Below, piece after piece: positions 7,532 through 16,100 of a stretch of DNA of 60,244 nt. The stretch covers positions 1-60,244 of the forward strand of contig JAVJWO010000077.1 of NCBI GenBank assembly GCA_040222015.1, given 5' to 3'. Numbering within the stretch: position 1 is the stretch's first letter; each line of letters begins with the position of its first letter. This DNA comes from Coleofasciculus chthonoplastes F2-STO-03 (GTDB taxonomy: Bacteria > Cyanobacteriota > Cyanobacteriia > Cyanobacteriales > Coleofasciculaceae). A program made the position numbers and the translations under genes. The notes beneath the pieces are model-generated. The model worked only from the letters and a program-made list of their open reading frames with translations. It was not told the DNA's origin and did not search any database.

Positions 7532-9805
7532 ATGATCAAATTAAAGCTACCACCATTATTTAAACGTAAAGCATCTAGCCGAGTCAAAACCCCAACCCTC
7601 CTGCAGATGGAGGCAGTGGAGTGTGGGGCAGCGGCTTTAGGGATTATGTTAGGTTACTATGGCAAGATTGTACCCTTAGCCGAACTGCGACGAGAGTGTG
7701 GCGTCTCTCGTGATGGTAGCAAGGCATCCAATATGTTGAAGGCTGCCAGAAATTACGGACTCAAAGCCAAAGGGTTTAAAAAGCAGCTAGATAGCGTTGT
7801 GGAGCTCATCCCCCCCTATATTGTGTTTTGGAACTTCAACCACTTTCTCGTGGTAGAGGGATTTGTCAAGGGGCGTGTTTACCTGAATGACCCTGGAACT
7901 GGACCGAGAAGCGTATCGTTTCAGGAGTTTGACGAAGCCTACACCGGAGTCGTGCTGGTGATGGAACCAGACGAGGGCTTTCAAAAAGGAGGTCGTAAAC
8001 CGAGTATTGTCAATGCCCTACGCGATCGCTTAGTTGGCTCTATTCCAGTATTGACCTACTGTGTCATCGCTGGATTCCTACTGGTGCTGCCTCAGCTCGC
8101 CATTCCTATATTCAGCAAAATATTCGTGGATCAAATCTTAGTGCAAGGGATGTCAGATTGGCTACGACCCCTACTACTGGGAATGGGACTCACCGCCTTA
8201 CTGCGAGGACTCTTGGAGTGGCTGCAGCTGCAATTTTTGCGACGGATGAAAATCAAACTGGGCGTGGAAATGTCCGGCAAATTCCTGTGGCATATTCTCC
8301 ACTTACCCGTAAGTTTTTACGCTCAACGATTTGCTGGGGAAATTAGCGATCGCGTCAGTCTCAATGACGAAGTTGCCGATGTCATTTCTGGACGGCTGAC
8401 TGCCACAATCATTGATCTGGTGATGGCGGTCATTTATGTCTTAGTCATGTTCTTCTATAACATCCCACTCACCCTGATTGGGGTTATGTTTGCTGCGATC
8501 AACATCTTCACATTGCAGTTAGTATCCCGCCAACGCAAAGATGCCAATATGCAACTCACCCAAGCCCATGGCAAAGTCGCCGGGGTTTCTATTTCTGGAC
8601 TCCAGAGCATGGAAACGCTCAAAGCCTCTGGTTTAGAGTCAGATTTCTTTTCCAAGTGGGCGGGTTATTACGCCCAAGCGATTAACGTGCAAAAAGATTT
8701 GGGTGTTACTAACCAAACCCTAGGAGTACTGCCGTCATTTCTCAGTGCTGTAGCCGACGTGATGATTTTGCTAGTCGGCGGCTTCCAAGTTATCGAGGGA
8801 AATCTCAGCATCGGCGATTTAGTCGCGTTCCAGAGCTTATTGCAAAGTTTCTTAGATCCCGTTAACAATCTCGTCAACTTTGGCAGCACCCTCCAAGCAC
8901 TCGAAGGTGACTTGAACCGTTTGGATGATGTCTTGCAAAACCCGACGGAAGAGAAGGGGAGATGGGGAGACGAGGGACAAGCCGGTCAAGACAGCGATGG
9001 TTATGCTCACCCTGACTCTGCCTCCCCTACCTCTCTACTCACTTCGCCTCGTTTGGAAGGGTATGTCGAGTTAAAAGATATTACCTTTGGATACAGTCGT
9101 GTGGCTGAACCCTTAATTCAAAACTTTAATCTCTCACTGCAACCGGGGCAGCGAGTCGCCCTAGTTGGTGGCAGCGGTTCGGGTAAATCAACTCTTGCCA
9201 AATTAGTATGTGGACTCTACGAACCTTGGCAGGGTGAAATCTGCTTTGATGGTCAACCCAGAGCCCAAATTCCCCGCCATATCCTGACTAATTCAGTCGC
9301 CATGGTTGAGCAGGATATCTTTCTGTTTGCCGGCACGATTCGGGACAATTTAACCTTATGGGATAGTACAATTCCGACCAGCAAAATTATCCAAGCTTGC
9401 GAAGATGCGGCAATTGACGATGTTATTTTTTCCATCTCCGGAGGCTTAGAGTCACATTTGGCAGAAGGGGCGACAAACTTAAGTGGAGGGCAGCGGCAAC
9501 GTCTGGAAATTGCCAGAGCCTTAGTGAACAACCCCTCAATCTTAGTGATGGATGAAGCCACCAGTGCTCTAGATACAGAGTCCGAAGAAATTATCGATCA
9601 AAACCTGCGTCGTCGGGGATGTAGCTGTATTATCGTCGCGCACCGACTGAGCACTATCCGAGATTGTGATGAAATCGTCGTCTTTGAGCAGGGAAAGGTG
9701 GTGCAGCGGGGAACTCACGAAACCCTGTCCCAGCAATCCGGGGTGTACGCCCGCTTACAAGAAAGCGAGGGGGAGCGGGGGGAGCGGGGGGAGCAGGGGT
9801 TGTAG
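7532..9805 (+). CDS. NHLP bacteriocin export ABC transporter with C39 peptidase, permease and ATPase
   Basis: LQMEAVECGAAAL (catalytic Cys), NFNHFLVV, Walker A GGSGSGKST, LSGGQRQR, ILVMDEAT. Confidence 0.95.
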   Translation: MIKLKLPPLFKRKASSRVKTPTLLQMEAVECGAAALGIMLGYYGKIVPLAELRRECGVSRDGSKASNMLKAARNYGLKAKGFKKQLDSVVELIPPYIVFWNFNHFLVVEGFVKGRVYLNDPGTGPRSVSFQEFDEAYTGVVLVMEPDEGFQKGGRKPSIVNALRDRLVGSIPVLTYCVIAGFLLVLPQLAIPIFSKIFVDQILVQGMSDWLRPLLLGMGLTALLRGLLEWLQLQFLRRMKIKLGVEMSGKFLWHILHLPVSFYAQRFAGEISDRVSLNDEVADVISGRLTATIIDLVMAVIYVLVMFFYNIPLTLIGVMFAAINIFTLQLVSRQRKDANMQLTQAHGKVAGVSISGLQSMETLKASGLESDFFSKWAGYYAQAINVQKDLGVTNQTLGVLPSFLSAVADVMILLVGGFQVIEGNLSIGDLVAFQSLLQSFLDPVNNLVNFGSTLQALEGDLNRLDDVLQNPTEEKGRWGDEGQAGQDSDGYAHPDSASPTSLLTSPRLEGYVELKDITFGYSRVAEPLIQNFNLSLQPGQRVALVGGSGSGKSTLAKLVCGLYEPWQGEICFDGQPRAQIPRHILTNSVAMVEQDIFLFAGTIRDNLTLWDSTIPTSKIIQACEDAAIDDVIFSISGGLESHLAEGATNLSGGQRQRLEIARALVNNPSILVMDEATSALDTESEEIIDQNLRRRGCSCIIVAHRLSTIRDCDEIVVFEQGKVVQRGTHETLSQQSGVYARLQESEGERGERGEQGL

Positions 9806-9890
9806 AGACGTAAGGCGTGGAACGTCTGGAGAGCAGAAATTAAAATTTCGCTTCTGGCTGCGAACAGTATTGGAAGGATAATTAGTTATC

Positions 9891-12818
9891 ATGCAAGCGA
9901 TAGAAAACACCAAGAGTGCGCCGGAACAGCTACATCGATTAAAGCGTAACCAAACCTTGCTATTGGATGACCCACAAACAGTTTGGATCATCGAGTCGGG
10001 AGCGATCGCACTTTTTGCCGTTACTCTTAAACAGAACCATAGTCTCACGTCACGTCGCTATCTGTTCACGGCTAAACCCACAGAAGCGGTTTTTGGTGTC
10101 CGTGTAGATTTGGATCGGACAGGGGGAGCCTCAGATCAGCAACGCTGCCTCCTCGCTGTAGCGGTGGAAGAGACGGTATTACGCCACGTTTCTCAAACTC
10201 ACCTTGAGCAACAATTCGCTGATTGCCCGTCTGAAATCGGACGGCTAGTCGAGGGGTGGATTCATCAATTAGGTCGCTGGTTATCCCATGGCTCCCCCCC
10301 AGTGATTTCCTTGGAAACGGAGGGAATTCAACACTTAACCCTGAGTAAGGGACAAAAGCTAAAGCCAAAGCGGGATGCTTTTATTTGGGTTCGAGTCATC
10401 GCCGGAGAAGTCAGTTTGATCGGCAATCCACAACTCGACCTGTCTAGCCATTCTCAATCCTTATGGTTACCGTTGAGTGACACCGTATGGCTAGAGGCAA
10501 CAGACACAGCTGAACTAGACACGGTGAACCTTGACTATATCCGAGATTTAGATACTCTGCTCTTAAGTCTGAATCATCTTCATGACTATTTCTTCCGCTA
10601 CATTCAACTAGTCCTTGAGCAGGAAATGCGGGAAGAATTACAGCGGTTTCGGATGAGGGAACGCCTCAACCGACAGATGTTACGGGATGCTAATCGGGAA
10701 TTAGCCTCTGTACTCAAACCCCAGGAGATAAGTTCTATTGCGGGAGGAACGGAGTTGCTTGTGGCAGTCGGTGCCGTTGGTCGTGCGTTGGGCGTTACGA
10801 TTAATCCTCCGCGTCCGTCGGAAGATTTGCAACGAGTTAACGAGCTAGAAGCCATCGCTCGTGCGTCCCAAATCCGGATGCGGCAGGTGCTGCTCGTAGA
10901 CCATTGGTGGACAGACGATAGTGGTCCCCTGCTTGCCTACACCCTTGGAGATAAGCACCCTGTCGCCTTGCTCAGAGCCAAGAATGGCTACGAATTGTTT
11001 AACCCGCAAGACATGGTGCGGACTGCCATCGATGCCGAGGTGGCGGCAACCCTAGATCCCGTTGCCTATATGTTTTATCGCCCCCTCCCTGCCAAACCGC
11101 TTAAAAGCCTAGACATTGCCAAATTCGGATTTAAAGGGACAACTAAAGATTTACTGATAATTTTGTTGGTTGGGATTGCCTCTACCCTGCTGGGGATGAT
11201 TACGCCTTGGGCGACTGGAATCATGATCGAAGAGGCTATCCCCAATGCTCAGATTGGTTTATTGTGGCAAATCTGTTTGGCACCCTTAGCCGCTGCCTTT
11301 GGTGCAGCCGCGTTTGAGTTAGCTAGAGGCTTTGCCATGATGAGAATGGAAACGATTGCAGATTCTTCCACCCAATCAGCTGTATGGGATCGTCTGCTCA
11401 AACTCAGCGTGCCTTTCTTTCGCCAATATTCAATCGGCGATCTGGAATCCCGTGTCTCTGCGATCGGTGAAATTCGCAGCAAGCTTAGTGGCACAACCCT
11501 GCGAACTATTTTTACCAGTTTCTTTTCCTTATTCAACTTGGGGCTGTTGTTTTACTATAGTGCCACATTGGCTTTGCTGGCTGTTGGTGTGGCTATTGTT
11601 GCTATTGCCTTCACGACTGTTTTCGGTATTTTAACCCTGCGTCAATCACGTCCCTTGCAAGAACTGAAAGCAGATATATTTGGCATCATGGTGCAGCTGA
11701 TTGGCGGGGTGGCTAAACTCAAAGTCGCTGGTGCCGAGGAACGGGCTTTCGCTTACTGGAGTAAACAGTACAGCCAACAACAAAAGCTGGTGCTAATTAA
11801 CCAGCAAATTGAAGATATCGTGCAACTGTTCAATACATTGCTGCCGACTATCAGTTCATCTGTATTGTTCTGGCTGGTTGTCACCTTGAATAGCAAAGCT
11901 CAGGCTTCTGGAGGAACGGTGCTATCGATCGGGAGTTTCCTGGCATTCAATTTAGCCTTTGGCACTTTTATTAACGGGGCTAGTGATTTGAGTAATACCC
12001 TGATTGATGTTTTGGATGTAGTGACGCTGTGGAAGCGGGCGGAGCCAATTCTGAAAGCGACGCCCGAACTCAATCCCAATTCAGCCGATCCGGGCAGACT
12101 TTCGGGCAAACTGGCACTAGAGCGGGTTACGTTCCGCTACCGAGATGATGGACCGTTGATTTTGCAGGATGTTAGTCTCTACGCCAACCCAGGAGAATTT
12201 ATTGCCTTCGTTGGACCTTCTGGAAGTGGAAAATCGACGGTGTTGAGGATGCTGCTGGGGTTTGAAACGCCTGTGTCGGGAACGGTTTCTTATGATGGTC
12301 AGGATTTGGCAGGGCTGGATATTTATGCCGTGCGCCGCCAGCTTGGGGTGGTGATGCAAAATGGTCGGATTATGTCAGCCTCTATGTTTGAGAATATCTC
12401 CTCCGGTGCCTTGATTACGATGGATGAGGCTTGGGAAGCCGCTCGGATGGCTGGGTTAGCAGAGGATATTGAATCTATGCCCATGGGAATGCACACGGTG
12501 ATTAGTGAGGGGGGTAGTAATATTTCTGGGGGACAACGACAGCGGCTTTTGATTGCGCGATCGCTCGTGTTAAAACCTTCAATTTTACTCTTTGATGAGG
12601 CGACTAGCGCTTTGGATAATCGCACTCAGGCGATCGTGAGTGAAAGTTTGGATAAGTTGCAGGTGACACGAGTGGTGATTGCTCACCGACTGAGTACAAT
12701 TCGTAATGCTGACCGAATTTATGTCATTGAGTCTGGGCAGGTTGTGCAGGTGGGAAATTATGATGACTTGGCGAATCAGGAGGGGCTGTTTGCCCGATTA
12801 ATTGCGCGGCAAGTTTAA
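9891..12818 (+). CDS. NHLP bacteriocin export ABC transporter, permease/ATPase subunit without peptidase
   Basis: Long N-terminal extension, TM domain, GPSGSGKST, ISGGQRQR, LLFDEATSALD; second transporter of the NHLP pair. Confidence 0.92.
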   Translation: MQAIENTKSAPEQLHRLKRNQTLLLDDPQTVWIIESGAIALFAVTLKQNHSLTSRRYLFTAKPTEAVFGVRVDLDRTGGASDQQRCLLAVAVEETVLRHVSQTHLEQQFADCPSEIGRLVEGWIHQLGRWLSHGSPPVISLETEGIQHLTLSKGQKLKPKRDAFIWVRVIAGEVSLIGNPQLDLSSHSQSLWLPLSDTVWLEATDTAELDTVNLDYIRDLDTLLLSLNHLHDYFFRYIQLVLEQEMREELQRFRMRERLNRQMLRDANRELASVLKPQEISSIAGGTELLVAVGAVGRALGVTINPPRPSEDLQRVNELEAIARASQIRMRQVLLVDHWWTDDSGPLLAYTLGDKHPVALLRAKNGYELFNPQDMVRTAIDAEVAATLDPVAYMFYRPLPAKPLKSLDIAKFGFKGTTKDLLIILLVGIASTLLGMITPWATGIMIEEAIPNAQIGLLWQICLAPLAAAFGAAAFELARGFAMMRMETIADSSTQSAVWDRLLKLSVPFFRQYSIGDLESRVSAIGEIRSKLSGTTLRTIFTSFFSLFNLGLLFYYSATLALLAVGVAIVAIAFTTVFGILTLRQSRPLQELKADIFGIMVQLIGGVAKLKVAGAEERAFAYWSKQYSQQQKLVLINQQIEDIVQLFNTLLPTISSSVLFWLVVTLNSKAQASGGTVLSIGSFLAFNLAFGTFINGASDLSNTLIDVLDVVTLWKRAEPILKATPELNPNSADPGRLSGKLALERVTFRYRDDGPLILQDVSLYANPGEFIAFVGPSGSGKSTVLRMLLGFETPVSGTVSYDGQDLAGLDIYAVRRQLGVVMQNGRIMSASMFENISSGALITMDEAWEAARMAGLAEDIESMPMGMHTVISEGGSNISGGQRQRLLIARSLVLKPSILLFDEATSALDNRTQAIVSESLDKLQVTRVVIAHRLSTIRNADRIYVIESGQVVQVGNYDDLANQEGLFARLIARQV

Positions 12819-12955
12819 GCTGAAGTTCCCCCCGTGCCTCGTAGGGGAGACGCGGAGACGCGGAGAAATTTTTATTATGGGTGATTTGCCGGACATGATA
12901 TTATTCGACCCAAAACCATGAAATGAAAAACTATTGCGGTATGAAACTACTTTCT

Positions 12956-13037
12956 TTATGCAGCCTCTATGTGTAGGGTGTGTTAGCGAAGCGTAACGCA
13001 CCTTTACTACCATATTTGGTGTAGCTACGTAAGTCCT
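12956..13037 (+). mobile_element. Degenerate copy of REP-containing MITE
   Basis: Internal GTAGGGTGTGTTAGCGAAGCGTAACGCACC and right end CGTAAGTCCT. Confidence 0.7.
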
Positions 13038-13113
13038 GACAAATTCAAACAATTGTTATCTCAAATCCAGGCACCTCTTGTGTAAGATAAAGACGGGAAT
13101 CGTGAGGTCTACC

Positions 13114-16100
13114 ATGAAGTCCAATCAGGGGCTAAATCATATCTGTTGCCGTTTCAGTTCCTTAACGGTGATATTAGCTTTCGCTTTCGCTACATCGGCA
13201 GCCAATGCCCAGATTACACCCGCCAATGATGGTACAGGAACTCAGGTAACTCAAACCGGAACTCAATGGGATATTGACGGCGGTTCTCTATCCGCAGATG
13301 GGGCGAATTTATTTCAGAGTTTCCAAGAGTTTGGCTTGGATGCTGGAGATGTGGCTAATTTTCTGTCTACACCCGCAATTCAAAATATTTTAGGGCGAGT
13401 AGTAGGTGGGAATGCTTCCTTAATTGATGGATTGATTCAAGTCACCGGGGGAAATGCCAACTTATTCCTAATCAATCCTGCCGGGATTGTGTTTGGGAAT
13501 AATGCCCAGTTAAATGTGATGGGGGATTTTACGGCAACGACGGCTACGGGAATTGGCTTTGGGGAGAACCTTTGGTTTAATGCCTTTGGTGAAAATAACT
13601 ACGAAACCTTAATCGGGACTCCCAATCAGTTTGCCTTTGACTCATCACAATCGGGAAGTCTGGTTAATGCCGGGGATTTAGCCGTAACTGAGGGGCAGAA
13701 TTTAACCCTACTTGGGGGAATAGTGGTGAATACTGGGGCAATCACTGCACCGGGAGGAACAATTACCATTGCGGCTGTACCGGGGGAGAATTTAGTCCGG
13801 ATTAGTCAACCGGGAAACCTGTTAAGTTTGGAGATAGAAACGCGACAGGATAGTACAGGGCAGATTTTACCCGTGAGCCCTTTAGATTTAGCCGCCTTGC
13901 TGACAGGAGACGACAGCGAAACAGTGGAAACTGGGTTGACTGTAACACCAACCCAACAGGTGCAGTTAGCTGAATCTGAAATAACCATACCTCAGCAAGC
14001 CGGAACAGCGATTATATCTGGCAGTCTGGATGTGTCAGATGTCGGAAATTCAGACAATCGAGTCTCATCAGGAGTGGGGGGTAATATTAACGTTGTCGGC
14101 GATAACGTGGGACTCTTTGCAGCCACTATCAACGCTTCCGGTAGAAAAGGTGGCGGCATCATTCATATTGGTGGAGACTATCAAGGACAAAATACCCTAC
14201 CCCGTGCCAGACAAACTATTGTTAGTGCTGATTCAACAATAATGGCTGATGGTGTTTCCACAGAATCCGGCACAACTGCAGATGGGGGGGAAGTAGTTCT
14301 TTGGTCAGATGAACTCACCCAATTCTACGGTACCATCAGCGCCCGTGGGGGAAATAATGGGGGAAATGGGGGATTGGTGGAAGTGTCGGGGAAAGAATTG
14401 CTAGTTTTTACTGGGTTTGTCGATGCTGGGGCATCTTTGGGGGAAGCGGGAACATTGCTACTCGACCCGAAAACCATTACGATAAGAGACCCGAATACTC
14501 CCTTAGCCACCTTTCTCAATCCCGAACCTGTAGCAGATGGCAGGTTCGGCTGGTCAGTCGCGGCAGTGGGCAGCGACATCCTGATTGGCGCTTATCGTAA
14601 CACCTCCGGGGGAATCCGTCGTGCGGGGCAAGCCTTTTTATTTAACCCAGATGGCACCCTGCTGCAGACTTTCGATAATCCCCAACCTGTAGTAGATGGC
14701 AGGTTCGGCATCTCAGTCGCGGCAGTGGGCAGCGACATTCTGATTGGCGCTAGTCGTAACACCTCCGGGGGATTCACTGAAGCAGGGCAAGCCTTTTTAT
14801 TTAACTCAAATGGCACTCTGCGGCAGACCTTCGATAATCCCCAACCTGTAGGAAATGGCTACTTCGGCTACTCAGTCGCGGCAGTGGGCAGCGACATTCT
14901 GATTGGCGCTTATCTTAACACCTCCGGGGGATTCACTGAAGCAGGGCAAGCCTTTTTATTTAACTCAAATGGCACTCTGCAGCAGACCTTCGATAATCCC
15001 CAACCTGTAGCAGATGGCAGGTTCGGCTTCTCAGTCGCGGCAGTGGGCAGCGACATTCTGATTGGCGCTACAGATAACACCTCCGGGGGAATCAGTGGTG
15101 CAGGGCAAGCCTTTTTATTTAACCCAGATGGCGCCCTGCGGCAGACCTTCGATAATCCCGAACCTGTCGCAGGTGGCGAGTTCGGCTACTATGTCGCGGC
15201 AGTGGGCAGCGACATTCTGATTAGCGCTGATGGTAACACCTCCGGGGGAATCAGTGGTGCAGGGCAAGCCTTTTTATTTAAGCCAGATGGCACCCTGCAG
15301 CAGACCTTCGATAATCCCCAACCTGTAGCAGATGGCTTGTTCGGCACCTCAGTCGCGGCAAAGGGCAGCGACATTCTGATTAGCGCTGATGGTAACACCT
15401 CCGGGGGAATCCGTCGTGCAGGGCAAGCCTTTTTATTTAACCCAGATGGCACCCTGCTGCAAACCTTCGATAATCCCCAACCTGTAGCAGATGGCAGGTT
15501 CGGCTCCCTTGTCGCGGCAGTGGGCAGCGACATTCTGATTGGCGCTCCTGGTAACACCTCCGGGACAGTCGGTGGTGCAGGGCAAGCCTTTTTATTTGCC
15601 CGCGACGGTGGTGGGGAATTCAGTTTCAGTGACAATTCCGCTGAATCCGTCAGTATTGCCCCTAACACCATAACCACTATCGCCAATGGGGGAACGGATG
15701 TAGTCCTACAAGCTCATACGGATATTATCGTAGACGAAGAAATTACTACTGCAGCCAATGGTAATGGCGGCAGTTTAACCTTTCAGGCGGGACGCAGTAT
15801 TGAAGTTAATGCTAATATCACTACCGATAACGGCAATTTAACTCTCATTGCCAATGAAACAGCAGCTAACGGAGTTATCGATACATTTCGTGACCCCGGT
15901 ATTGCCCAAATTACCGTTGCCGATGGTGTTACCTTAGATGCTGGGACTGGGGATATTCAGATGAGGTTGCAGGCGGGTAACGACGGTGGCGATATTATCG
16001 TTGAAGGAATTCTCAATGCCGCTAATCTCACAGTAGAAAACAATAATGGCAACATTGATGCCAGCGCGGGCATCCTAAATACCAACAACACCACCGGAAA

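Noticed and set aside
14509..15600. Calling a diversity-generating retroelement
   Set aside because: No reverse transcriptase or non-coding template repeat in the window; kept only as a testable alternative.
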